Source of the DNA: Eutreptiella sp. 'Long Island Sound 2002' | Lineage: Eukaryota > Protista > Euglenida | Reading direction: 5' to 3' | NCBI GenBank assembly: GCA_964036045.1 | Contig: OZ038378.1 | Location: 86,738,001-86,802,000, forward strand | Length of the DNA stretch: 64,000 nucleotides | In this document: positions 37,996 through 50,599 of the stretch, in pieces | Numbering within the stretch: the first letter of the stretch is position 1 | How the letters are laid out: every line of letters begins with the position of its first letter | Translations under genes and position numbers: made by a program | The notes under the pieces: model-generated | Databases searched by the model: none | Told to the model about the DNA's origin: nothing | What the model saw: only the letters and a program-made list of their open reading frames with translations

Positions 37996-38990
37996 ATGGC
38001 TGATTTTCCACATCTTAGACGTAGGGAGGTGGATGTACCGGGTGCCGGCGAGGATACCGAAGGAGATGAGGTTGTAGTGCCTGTACCCTTACCGGTCCCG
38101 CTGACCGGAGAAGCCGTAGCGTGTACTGCAGCTACGCTCGCCTTGCAAGAGGCCATTATGTTTACCCGGTCAGCACCTCCACCCCCACCGCGGCCACCAA
38201 ATTTTGTCCCAAAGCACCAGCCAACTCTTCGTTGTCCGCAACAGTGGCAGTGGGCAACAGGGAAGTGCGCCGCGAAGGGGGGGGGGGTGCACGAGGGAAG
38301 TCCTTGGGGGTCACGCAGTATCAGGCAAGGGCACCGGGGCACTGGGTGAACGCCTACTAGTAGAGTTGATTGAAGTGCAACTTAAGGCAGGGGGCGCGCC
38401 TCTATGTGGTACATGCACTGGTGGCAACAAGTTGTATTTTGACTGCCCACCCGTGTGGTCTTCTTCCACACATGGTTGAAATGACCGTATGTGCTGGCGA
38501 TCGGAGTCGTGCCGATCAATCTGTGTGAGTGTGGGTGGGTCGCCATCCGGGGGAGGAAGTGGCCGAGCAGGTGGGATACGGGGATGGGAAAAGGACTCAG
38601 GAGGGGGACGTGATTCTGTACTAAATGTATCCAGGGTCAATGCCGCCCGCTCCTGGCTGTGTCACAGCAAATGGGATTGGCATATCCGATCCCCTTGCTG
38701 CCATGCCACAAGGGGGTTGCGCATTTGGTTGTGCAATGCAAAACGGAACCGCGCGCGAAGCCCCGAGATGTATTGCACAAACCACCACTGCCGTCCCTCA
38801 GCAACTCCCTTGTCTTCGCAGTCAATGGGTCATTGAGGGAGGGCTTTGGTGGGAACAGACCCGGAGGTACTCATTGTTGCCACATGTGCATGTAGCATTG
38901 TCCCCGTGTGTCCCTCAATGTGCGTCACCACAACCATCTGCTGTCCCAATAAAGAGAGATGCTTAGTGTCGATCACGGCGGTCATTGCTA
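37996..38990 (+). pseudogene. Element B proline-rich ORF1, split by inversion 38226-38853
   Basis: MADFPHLRRREVDVPG... matches 59533-60567; the middle part is on the minus strand (38311-38640). Confidence 0.8.
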
Positions 38991-39436
38991 CCTAATATGC
39001 CACCGGCCAAATACCGGAAAACTATGTGACCTTTGCAGCTTTTAAGCGTTTGGTCTAGTTCCCGTACGTGTGTTATGCACCCCGTAATCATCATTTTTCG
39101 GGACCTTGGGCTTTGTAGAGCCCAAGGTACGCCAAATGCTACTTTCACTCTCTTTGAGTTACTTGCTCGTAACCTTGTATGTCCCGCGTGTCTATTAAAC
39201 GGCCCGCCACCACCAATTTCCGAATGCTAGGCGTTGCAGAGCCCAGCCTTTTTGAAAAATCTAATTTCATGTGTTCTGTGCATCTGTTCTATCCGCAATG
39301 CAAGCCCTCACTTCTTTTACCTCACCTCTGAAATCAGCCCCCACTATGCACGGTATGTGCTAGTCCACACCTATTGCTACTTTCCTGTTCTGGTTACTGC
39401 CTTTTCCTGTTATGCCACCCGGACTGTCTTCTCACC

Positions 39437-40655
39437 ATGGCACTAGTTTCTACAGCGTTGCATGTCAGCTACATGTTGTCGCTTTGTCAGAAAGAATGGC
39501 GCACTGCTCGCCAAACGATATTGTCGGTTGTGTTCCATGGTGTCGCGGAGAAATTGGTACAGTTCTCTGCGGGTCTACGTGTTAACAAGCGCTCGCGCAT
39601 TACGCCTGCCCGCATTCGTAAGGCGGTGGCACGAGAACGATTGCCGCGTTGGCTAACTATTTTTCTACAGAGGCTTATAAGGAATGGTTAGGTATGTGTT
39701 GCATGGTGTTGCCGCAAGGTGCCGTCCCCAGCGATAAAAGCAAGCATTGCTATCATGCGGGCAGACAGCCGCAAGATGGTGGACGCAAGTCTCACCAAGC
39801 CATCCCGGACGTCTGTTGCACACGAGGGTGAATTGCAGCTCCGCGAACTGTGGCGTAGCATTGTCCGGCGCCATATTGTGGTGTGGGTGGACAATTTTCG
39901 GCACACCCAGTTTCGGGACCTTCTAATGAAAACCGATGTTTGTCTAGACATCACCGCAATAGTAGTGTTGCACACAACCCCCATTTTAATTTTTCTTGGT
40001 CACCGGAGCCTGCAAGACCTAGTGGATTGGGTTGACGAAGTGGCCATGGGAGTTGTTGAACAGCAAAGGGAAATTTTGAAGGTGTACATACATTTGTGCC
40101 CCCCTTGATATCGCCCGGGAGGCTAGTAGAAAGCAACTCTTCTGGCAGCCATTTGCCATATATGAGTCCTGTACGGGTCCGAACCAAGAGCTCTTGCATC
40201 TGCTCGATATGCTACGCAGTACCCAACCACATTGTCAGAACCCGATGGCATTGCTCGTTGATGGCAACATCCACTACCGGGTGCTCAAATTTTTGTACCC
40301 TGGAGCAACCATTGACCGGAAGTTTCCTGATGGGTTGCGGGCTATCTCGTCAATGTACGGCACGGGGCACCCCTACAAACATGTTTGCAATATCATCTGG
40401 CGTAAATTCTTTCCTTTGTTTTCGTACATCACCGCTCCCGCGTTTGGGGCCGGTGCGCGCATATATATAACCACCCAAAGTCATTGTGAAAGAGAAAACT
40501 ATTGGTGTGCCTTTTCTCGCAGCCCAAGACATACCGGCACAACTTCGGCAAAAAATTGCCCTATTTGAGGGCCGTGCCGACCAAGCAGCCCTAAACACAC
40601 ACGATGGGTTGCACATCCTTCAGGGCCTGGAATCCCTCCTGAGTTATTACCTCAC
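39437..40655 (+). pseudogene. Element B transposase, frameshifted and 3'-truncated
   Basis: IVVWVDNF, ALLVDGNIHYRVLKFLY and YGTGHPYKHVCNIIW spread across several frames. Confidence 0.88.
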
Positions 40656-41900
40656 CCTGCTACGTCCTCCTTCTTCTCGCCTCCTCCCCGGTTCATCTTC
40701 TCCTTCCTCCTCCTCTGCTTCTTCTGGGCTAACGAGTCCAACGACCCGCTACTCCAAGAGTTGTCGGCGGGGCGTGACCTGAGGAGAGCGGCGGGGCGTT
40801 ACACGGAGGAGTGGACTTGAGGCAGAGCTCGAGGGAGAGGTGGGAGCATTGGTTGCCTTGTCGCGGGACATTGCGGCGAGCACCAATTATATTTTAAAGA
40901 AGGGGCACAATGGGAATACTTCCAGCAGTTGGGTGAGGGGTGGGGGGCAGGCAACCTTGTAGTGGAAAACCAAGCGATGGTCGCGCGGTTGGTTTCTGAA
41001 TGCTTGTTTCTAACCTTTGACGTGCCGTTGTTGCACTACGTTCATATTGTGTTCATAATTGGGCATTCTTAAAACGCAAACGGCCGTCATGAATGTTTCG
41101 TGAACTTGATTGTGAACCAATGAATTGTGAACCGGGTTTATGAACTACTTATGAGTTTGTAACTGGCCAAAAGGAGCAGCGATTTGTAGCCCAGCCTCAA
41201 GCTCCAACTCAAGCTAAGCTCCAACTCGACCTCAAGCTCCTCGTCAAGCCCGCGTGCATCCCTACGCGCAAGCGTTCTATCACAATCCTCTTGAGAAGCA
41301 ACAAATAGTGGGAGCCCCATTCCCCGCAGCAATGTTCACAAAACACAGCAGCAACACATCGGCATGCAGGGTGTGGCACAACCACAACCAACCATTACAA
41401 AATGCGCAACAATATTGGGAGACCCACAATTCTTTGCAACACGGGGTCCTCCTCGCCGTATGCAAGCAAGGGCGCAATATGTTCCGAGGCCCGAAACAGG
41501 TTGTGGGCCTGCTCCCCGTCCGTTTCGTTGTGCACCTCCCACCGCACCCCACACGGGTTCAAGTATACACTTTTCGGCAACTGCCCTACAACCTCATGTG
41601 GATGATTTCACACTTGAGCCTTCAAGAAGGCGATAAAGAGGCGACCCATTGCCTTGCCATAGTGCAAAATGCACAAAAATACCCGGCTTTTGGCTATGAC
41701 CAATAGCGGCTCGCTGGTGCACCCACTGCATCAAAACTCTTCACGGTCACCCGATACCGATGATGATGGGCGACACCGGACTCGGTTGTCCTCGGCACGC
41801 CATCCCACCCCATGGTTGCATTGTCCTGTACGGATTCATTGAAAATATTCCCCACTTGGGGAGCTAAGCTTATACTCAGTAGCCGCCACACCCAAGGTTG
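40656..41900 (-). pseudogene. Unassigned degenerate coding sequence, strand uncertain
   Basis: Long minus-strand frame with few stops (...VYLNPCGVRWEVHNETDGEQAHNLF...); no recognised domain. Confidence 0.3.
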
Positions 41901-44900
41901 CCCCCCCTCCCCCCTCCGTGCTGCGTGTTTGTTTACTCTTCATTGGCACGTCAGACAGTGTTGTGCGCCTTGGGGCGCACTTGACAACCACTTCAGACAC
42001 AACTCTGCCTGTTGGTTGGCACTTCACGAGCACCTGATGCAATGCTTTGCGTGTTTGTCTGCATTTCATCAACAGCTCAAGCAACGTGCTATTTGTGGGT
42101 TTGCAATTTACCGGCACCCGAGGCACTATGCTGCGCATTGGTTTATCCGTTCACCGGCGACACAAGGAATCTACTACGTTCTTCTTTGGCCTTCATGGCC
42201 TCCGCATGCATTGTCTGGCGTGTTTGTTTGCAGTTCACGGGCACCTATAGGTATTGTGCTGCGTGTTCATTTGCACTTGAGCAGCATGTCCGGCACTCTG
42301 TTGCATGTTTAATTGTACTTCACCGTTTGTTTGCACTTCACGGGCACCTTGAACACTTTCCTGCCTGCTTGTGTGCACTTTAGCGGCACCTTAGCTACTG
42401 TACTTTGTGCAACCACGAAGCATGGCGTATGAAGGGCTATTGCAGAAAACAAAAATTCTTGGCACAATGCTTGGCGTGTTGGCTAAATGCCAATAGGCGC
42501 AAGGGGCGCGCTTGAGGTGCCGATACAACGGTGAGAAACACATAGGACTATGCTAGAGGTGACGGTGAAGTGCCCACACACACTGGTCGTCACCAGCAAT
42601 TTCCCTAGTGTGCTAGGTTATTTGCACTTACCCAATACTTGGCGCACTATGGTGCGTAGTTGTTTGCGCGTACCCGGCACCTGAGGCAGTGTGCTGCGTG
42701 TTTGTGTGCACTTCACAGGCACATCAAGCAGGGTGTTGTGTTGTATGTTTGCAGTTCACCAGGGCTGCACGCACCATGCTATGTGCGTGTTTGCTCGTCA
42801 TGGGCATCGCAAGTATTGCGCTCTGTGCTTTTTTGCACTGCCGCGGCAACTCAGCCACAATGCCGTGTGTTTGTTCGCACTTGAACACCACCTTAGGCAC
42901 CGTGCTGTTTGTTTGTTTGCACTTCAGTGGCATCTTAGACATGATGCCGCGTGTTTGTTTGCACTTCGCTGGTATCTCAGGGATCCTATGTCTTTGCACT
43001 GTGTGGCGTTTTTGGGTGCTTTTGACCCTCACGTGAAGCAGTGTGCTCTCTGCTTGGTTGCAGATCACCACAACCTCAACCATTGTATTGCGTGTTCAGT
43101 TGCAGTTGACCAACACGACACCTCCTTTCGTGCGTGTTTGTTTGCAATGGGCCAACACCTGGCGCATTGTGCATTGCGCTTGTACGCTCTTTCCTTGGCA
43201 TTTTGGGCACCATGCGGCATGTTTGTTTGGACTTCACCGATACCCCCCCCGGAATGCAGTGCATGGTTCCACCGGACCGGCATCTCTTGCACCGTTTTGT
43301 GTGTTTGTTTACATTCCTCGAGCATCTCAAGCACCGTGTTGTGTGTTTCTTTGCATTTCACCGGAACTTCTGGGAGTGCAATGCATGCTTGTTCGCACCT
43401 TACCAGCATCTGTTGCATCGTGCTACGTGTTTTTTTCAGCTTCACTGGCATCACAGGCACCGTGTTGTGTGTTTGTTTGTGGTGCACTGGTACCTCAAGA
43501 ATTGTGCCGTCTCTTTGGGTGTGCTTCACAAGCACCGGAGGAGGCATAATGCTGCTTGTTTCTTGGCAATTGACGAACTCCTCACATAGCATGTTACAAG
43601 TTTGTGTGCACTTCACTACGACTTCAAGCACTGTGCTACTTGTTAGTTTGCACTTGCCCGCCACCCCAAGCACTGTGCTGGGCATTTGTTTGCACTTCAC
43701 TTGCAATAGAAGCAATGTACTATGTGTTTGTTTGGGCTTCATAGCCACCTCATGCATTGTGGCGCTTGCTTGTTTGCCTTTCACCGGCATCTGTAGCCAC
43801 TGCGCTATGTGTTTGTTTGCACCCAAGCAGCATCTCCGGCATTATGTTGCATGTTCCATTGTGCTTCACCAGCACCTCAGGTAGCGTGCTACGTGTTAAT
43901 TTGCACTTCACGCACACCCTACACACTATGCTGTGTGCTTGTGTGAACTTTAGAAGCACTTTAGCCGGTATACTATGTATTTGCTTGCACTTCACTGCAC
44001 TTTAAGCATTGTGCTGCATGTTTGTTGGCACTTCGCTGGCACCTCAGGCACTGTGTTGCGTGTTTGGTGGCACCAAACGGTCACCTCAAGCACTCTGATT
44101 TGTGCTTGCTTGCGGTTCACCGAGACTTTGGTCATCTTACTTTGTGTTCAGCTGCAGTGGACAGGCACCAGAAGAAGTCTCGTGCATGTTTTTTGGAAGT
44201 TGCTTAGTACCTAAGGCAGTGTTGTCTGTGTTTGTTTGCACATTCCATGGCACTCCCCCGGAGTGCAGTGCCTATTTATTTGCACCTCATGAGCGTCTCA
44301 TGCACCCTGTTGTGTGTTTGTTTCCGATTCAACTGCATCCCAGGCACCGCGCTTTGTGTTTGTTTGCACTTTATTGGCACGTCACGGAGCGTTCCGTGTT
44401 TTTTGGTGCACTTCACAACCACGTGAGACGTCGCTCATTGTTTGTTGGCACTTGACGAGCATCTGATGCAAGGTGTTACGTGTTTGCCTGCACTTCACCC
44501 GCACGTCAAGCAATGTGCTACTTGTTATTTTGCACCTTGCCGCCACCCGAGGCACTATGCTGCACATTTGTGTGCAGTTCACCGGCGAATCAAGCAATCT
44601 GCTATGTGTTTGTTTGGACTTCATGGCCATTGAATGTTTTGTGCCGTGTGTTTGTTTGCAGGTCACGGGCACTTGAGTGCATCGGGCTACATGTTTGTTT
44701 GCACTTGAGCAGCATGTTCGGCACCAGGCTGCATGTTTGATTGTACTTCAGTTTTTTTCACCACTACATCGGCACCTAAGGCACAACCCTTTCCGCCTAT
44801 TGGCACTTCACCATTACGCTAGGCATTGTGCCAACATTCATTTTCGCTTCAATAGCACCTCATGCACTATGCTACTTGTTTGTTTGGTCCTCACTGGCAC

Positions 44901-47405
44901 GTTGCCTAGTTTCCTGCGTTATTTGTGCGTATTGAACACTTCACACAGTGTGATGTGTAGTTGTATGCACGTACCCAGCACCTTGGGCAGTGCATTGCGT
45001 GTTTCTGTGCTCTTCACAGGCACATCAAGCAGGGTGTTGTGTGTTTGTTTGCACTTCACTAGGTCCTTAGGCACCATGCTCATGCTATGTGTCTGTCTGC
45101 TCGTCATTGGCGTCGCAAGTATTGCACTGCGTGTTTATTTGCACTCCGCTGGCACGTAAGGCACAATGGTGTGTGTTTGTTTGCATTTCAGTGGCATCTT
45201 AGACATGGTGCCGCCTGCTTGTTTGTACTTCGCTAGTACCCCAGGCATTGTTCTTTGCCTTTGTAGGCACTTCACCAGCATCAAGGCGGCACTTCACGCA
45301 GTGCACTACGTGCCTTTTTCCACTTCACCGGCATCTAAGGTACCGTGGTGCTTGTTTGTTTACAATTCACTCACACTGCAGGAACTGTGCTCTGTGTTTG
45401 TTTCAGGTCAATGGCTCCTCAAGAAATGTGCTCCCTGTTTATTTGCACTTCACCACCGCCTCCCACAGCGCGTTGCACTTATGTATGCACTTAAGAAGCC
45501 CGGGATGCCTTGTGGCACCTGCATGTTTGCATTTCACCGGCACCTTAGGGACTGTGCTCTCTGCTTGTTTGCTTTTCACCGGACCTGTAAACATTGTGCT
45601 GCTTTTGTTGGTACTTCACAGGCACCACAAACACCATGCTCGCTGTTTGGCTGCAATTCACCGACACCACAAGCATGGTGTTGCCTGTGTGTTTGCATTT
45701 CAACGGCACCTGAGGCACTATGCAGCGTGTTGCCTTGCGTTCTATCGGCACCCAACACTACGCTGCACGATTGTTTGCACTTCACCGGCATCTACGGCAT
45801 AGTGCCGTGGGTTTCTCGGCGCTGCACTGGCGACCTTGGGCACGGTGGTTCATGTTTGTTGGCACTTCACAGACGTGGCAGGCACTGTGCCACATATTTT
45901 TTGCGCTTCACTAGCATTTTCATGCACTATGTGTTTTGGGTGCTGATATTGTGCAAGCAACCACCCAACACAATGCTCGAGGTGCTGGTGACATGTAAAC
46001 AAACAAGCACCAAAGCACGTGGGGTTCCAATTGAAGTGCAACGAAACACATTGCACGATATGTAAGCTGCCAGTGAACTGCGAACAAACATGGAGCGTGG
46101 TGCATTCGGTTCTGGTGAGTTGCAAACAAACACAAGGCACAGTGTCGGGGCTGCTAGTAAGGGGCAAACAACCACGTAGCACGGCGCCTCGTGTGCTGTT
46201 GAAGTGCAAACAAACACGTAGGACAACGCCTCAACCTAATGAAATGCAAACAAACACGCATTCTAGTGCATGTGTTGCCAATGAATTGCAACCAAACACG
46301 CAGCACGGCGTCGCATGTGCAAGTGCACTGCAAAGAAACAGGACCGAAATGCCTAAGGTGCCGGTGAAGTGCATACAAACATAGAGCACCGTACTTGAGG
46401 TGCGTGTGAAGTGCAAACAAACACACGCATCAATGCCTCAGGTGACGATGAAATCTGTCTCAAGTACCTTTGAAGTGCAAACACACACATAGACTACTAG
46501 GTGAGGTGCCGGTGAAGTGCAAACGAGCGCTCAGCACGGTGTTTGAGGTGCTCACATTGTGCAAACAAACCCCCACCACAAAGCTTGCGGTGCTGGTGAC
46601 GTGCAAAGAAACAGGCAACATAGCACGTGGGGTTCTAGTTGAAGTGTAACCAAGCACAGGGCACGATCCGTGAGCTGCGGTGAAGTGAAAACAAACACGG
46701 AGCACAGTGCATGAGGTTGTGGTGAATTGCAAACAAACACACAATGCGTTGGCCGGTAGTGAAGCGCAAACAACCACGTAGCAAGTTGCCTTGCGTACTG
46801 TTGAAGTGCAAACAAACACATAGGACAACGGCTAGCTTAATGAAATGGAAACAAACACGCATTCGAGTGCGTGCGTTGCAAGTGAACTGCCCAAACAAAG
46901 AGCATGGTGTCGACTGTGCCGATGAAGTGCAAAGAAACAGGACAATTCCTAAGGTGCCGGTGAAGTGCATACAAACACAACGCTCCCTACTTGAGTTGCG
47001 TGTGAAGTGCAAACAAACCTGCAGAACAATGTCTGTTTGGTTGCACCTCATGGGCATCTGCAGGCACTGTGTTGCGTGTTTGTTTGCACTTCATGGGCAC
47101 CTCCCTCGCTGCGCCGTGTGTTTCTTTCCACTTAATTGGCACCTCACACAACGAACAACATGCTTTTTTTGCACTTCACCGGCACCGGAGGCATTGTTGT
47201 GCGTATTCTTTTGCATACCATACGCACCTCAAGTATTGTCCTTCACTTTTGTACACACTTCACTGGCACCTGCGGCATTATGCCGCGTTGGTTTGCACTT
47301 CAACGACACCCCGCTCACTACACTGTGCGTTTGTTTGCACTTAGTCGGCACCTCACACACTAAGCTACATTTTTTTTGCACTTCAGTGGCACTTCAGTCC
47401 ACGTT
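41900..47405. repeat. 42-bp minisatellite field, mainly reverse orientation
   Basis: GTTTGTTTGCACTTC units; forward blocks at ~42410-42585 and ~45945-47025. Confidence 0.9.
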
Positions 47406-47407
47406 TG

Positions 47408-47860
47408 TGTATGAGGAGTGGATGTGTGCCTTTGCCATTCCATCTAAGTTTTGTGGTACAGTGCCCAACTTTTTGATGACAGACCAAGGTCAATGCAGAA
47501 GTCAACAGGGAATTGTTGCTGCAGTAGGCTAGGCCCTTCATACTTTTAATATAATCCCCTGTGGCTTCTTTGCATGACCAGCAATCCCGTCCTACCTGCC
47601 CAAATGGTTTCATATTTGTTAGAGGCACCGGGTGTTGCCACGTGTGACACGGGTCGTGCCATTTTGTTTCCGGGTTTCATCGAACAGGGTACTTCGAATG
47701 TCCAAGCCATGGATGCCATGTACGTCGTCAATTGGGAGCATTGGTTTCCCAAGCTGTTGCAGCGCATGCATGTGTCCGTTATGAAACCCGGTGGTTAGCA
47801 TGAGGGTGATGATGACGGGGAGGGGGAGTCGGACAGTGGGCACCCAGTGCCCCCCAACCC
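47408..47860 (+). pseudogene. Fragment of a diverged homologue of the element A cargo gene
   Basis: EEWMCAFAIPSKFCGTVPNFLMTDQG and VLPAQMVSYLLEAPGVA...YVVNWEHWFPKL align with EERTICFCVPDKFGVKVPNIFICDQG and VLPAQLLSCLPESPCLA...YLVNWDAWMPRI; family palindrome variant at 47837. Confidence 0.8.
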
Positions 47861-48028
47861 CACCTAGCCCCTAGGCAACAAGTTAACCACCACATAGCGT
47901 CCGAGACTTCAGGACCCCGGCAGTATGTCCCTGCGGCTCACTGGTGGCTAAGTGGAAATGTGAAGTTGCCCCCCTATCCGCCTACCCATCCATTCCTTCT
48001 CGCTCCCATAGGTCCTCTCTTTCAACCC

Positions 48029-49702
48029 ATGTCTAATGTCATCCCAGGCCTGGAACCAGCGGCTTCAAAGGCTCTTGCGTCTTTCCTTAGTCGCCCCCGG
48101 GTACCTACCGCTTTCACAGAGGCAGCGTACCCGGGGGTGCCTTTGACGGACCTAGAGCCCTCGAAGCTGTGGGCCCAGCAGCTCCCTGCCCCTTCCCCAG
48201 AAGTGGTCCACATCACCGTGTCCGATGTGACCCTTCTTGGAAAGAGCTGGATGCACGGGCGCAACCAAATGTTGCGCCAGGTGCATCCAGCTCTTCCTGC
48301 CGTACGCTTCCGCTTTCCTGTGGCTGCTGTCCAAGATTTGGTGCAGCAGTCCTCAGGAAAGCTGATGGATACCCCCCACGAGTTCGGGACACGGGTTCAT
48401 GACATCAAAGATCTCCAACACGGTTGGACTGCAGATTTTGGTGTCAGCCCCGTTGCACCCAAGAAGGGACTCCTTGAGGCCCTGCCTTTCGGGGTCGGGG
48501 TGGTGTCAGGGGAATGGTGGGAAAGCCTTTCGGCTTGTCCCATCATTCCTCAGTGGTGCCATGTGGTGCCCGACTACACCAACCCAGCCCTGTACAGGAC
48601 CAAGGAGTCCGTGTTCCTCCGCGGTGCTGCCTCTCCTCCCCCCTACATCTCCCTGGCAGCCCCGGTGTTCTCACATGAACTCGCGGCTCATGACCTTGAG
48701 TCGGATGAGTCCTTGTGTGACTTGGGGCTCCGGGTGGTTAGAGGGGCGGTAGAGGCCAAGGAGTGCGAGAACTGGTACCGCATTCTCGTCGACTCGTGCG
48801 GCACCCAGCCGGATGCAATTTGGGATCTGCTGTCCAATGCACACTCTCGCGAGGACTGTTTGGCTGATCCCAAACTGCCACGGCGCTGGGGTACTCGGCC
48901 CGGCAAGCCTATCTCTGTGTTGGGAAGGGACCCCTTGCAACGGGCTAGTGAGCAGTGCAGTGCTCTCTGACCCGAGATGAGGGATCTCTTCCCAACGCAG
49001 TGGTCGGCAATTGCCGCCAGGGAAGATGCTAGGGAGCAGACCTGGCATACCAACGTTGATAAGTTGCCAGGTGGCTCCCTAGCATGGGTGAGCTGCCCGG
49101 GCATCTCTCAATGATGCTTGTCCTCTCGGACAAGTATCATTTGGAGGTGGACTTTAGGGAGCCACCTGGGGGACCATGACGCTATGCGGGTGGAGACCTT
49201 CGAGTTTCAGCGTGGGGACATATTTCTCTTTGCCTCCACGCTGAGACATCGGGGTCTCGCCGCGCTGCCGGGGATGGGGAAGCAGGTTGTTCTCTTCAGC
49301 TTCCTCACCCCCGACGAGCGTCACAAGTGGGTGGACGTGGAGCGGTTCATCTTTGACCCTGTGCCAGGGGCCAGGGATGAGCTGGCTTCACGGCCACGGG
49401 GAGACGGGCCGCTGCCCAACCCCAGGGCTCTCGGCCACTGGGTGCAGTACTTCGCCTTCGGCGGGGGACTGCAGGGCGCGGTCGGTGTGCCGCAGTTTGA
49501 GCAGCTGGACGACTGGCTTGCCCCCGTGGGCCCGTCAGGCCCCGGCTGCCCATACCACCCGCTGCTGCTAGCCAAGCCTGCCCTAGACGCTGCCGACCCC
49601 ATGTGCCACGTGTACGTGGAGGAAGGCGACGTCCTGTGGACAAGCGGGCCATCATGGCTCGACCCGGGTGACAGTGGACCCGGGGAGGCCACCATGCTGT
49701 AG
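48029..49702 (+). pseudogene. PhyH-like 2OG-Fe(II) dioxygenase-domain protein, degraded
   Basis: GLRVVRGAV...QTWHTN (HxD site)...LSMMLVL...LGSH...FQRGDIFLFASTLRHRG...KQVVLF; stop at 48968-48970 and two compensating frameshifts ~49080-49155. Confidence 0.72.
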
Positions 49703-50263
49703 CAATATTGGGCCCCCTCCTCCCGCCCCATCTCCGCACAGCAGGCTTTGCTGCTCGGCTTCTCGTGGCATCGTGGGCCGGAGAAGCGGTGTACAAGGAG
49801 CGATGTGGGCGCTGAGGTCCCACTTTTGATGCGCTGCATCTGCAGCGGCAAGGTGTTACTACCTTCTCCCCCTGCCCTGCAGGATTCACACCGGGGTGTT
49901 GGGGCGAATATTGTTAGGGGGCGCAACTGGGTGGTGGTGGGGTGCACCAGGGTGTTTGGAAAGGTGGGTTCGGGGCTGTGGGCCTGTGGGGCTGTGGGCT
50001 GGCAGGGGGTTCTCTGTGTGTTATGCGTGTAATGCCCCACGAGCGGGTTTAGCATGTGCACAGGGTGCCCCACGCGTGGGCTTAACATGTGCACAAGGTG
50101 GCCAGCGCGAGGGCCTCCTGCACAGGCCGTGCCAGTCGGTTGCCGGCCTTTACGGGGCCTGTATGGGGGCCTGTACGGGCCCTGTATGTGGCCTGCATGG
50201 GGCTGTGCTGAGGCGGCTCCAGCATCCTGCCGCCAGTTGCAGTTGCCAGTTTGTAGGTGCAAC

Positions 50264-50412
50264 TGAGAGCTGACTGAGCCGTCTGGCGCACTGAGTGAGC
50301 GCTCACTGAGCCATTTGGCACGCTCACGGAGCGCTCACTGAGCGCGCCAAATGGCTCAGTGAGCGCTCAGCGAGCCCAATTAGCTCTCCCTGACGGCTCA
50401 GTGAGCTCTCAG
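50264..50412. repeat. Palindromic CTCACTGAG/GCTCAGTGAG spacer 1
   Basis: Clustered direct and inverted copies of CTCACTGAGC. Confidence 0.85.
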
Positions 50413-50599
50413 TGGGGTGGAACCCGGGACAAGGCCGTTGCAATGCTTTGCTGCCGTTTGCATCTTTATCGAAACTGTTACTTTTGGAGTCCCCCCCCCC
50501 CCTACATTTGCAGGCTCAATTCCCCCTGCACGAGCTTTTGGTTGATGCAAACGGCAGCAAAACACAGAGTCAACGTTCGCGCCCGGTAACGTTTGCGCC

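Larger units (their letters stand above)
36994..40655 (+). mobile_element. Truncated copy (element B) of the DUF6589-like family
   Basis: Homology with 58532 onward starts exactly at GGAGGCCCATAGTGCCCCCTATCGTTTTAGCGA; ORF1 and transposase homologues; ends abruptly after LESLLSYYL. Confidence 0.9.

Noticed and set aside
41254-41900. Gypsy-like integrase fragment on the plus strand
   Set aside because: Only loose resemblance (GLLP, AIV..QKY..F, GAKL..SS.H); catalytic Asp residues and HHCC are absent, and the antisense frame is equally open
22821-47405. Cys/His-rich repeat proteins (VPVKCKQT, HFTGT and ALHRHL ORFs)
   Set aside because: A 42-bp unit is divisible by 3, so ORFs appear in all frames on both strands with frequent stops; treated as a by-product of the minisatellite
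48720-49340. TET/JBP assignment for the dioxygenase
   Set aside because: The GSH motif and QxWHxD context fit PhyH-like enzymes better; a TET/JBP-specific pattern was not recognised, so the substrate is left open
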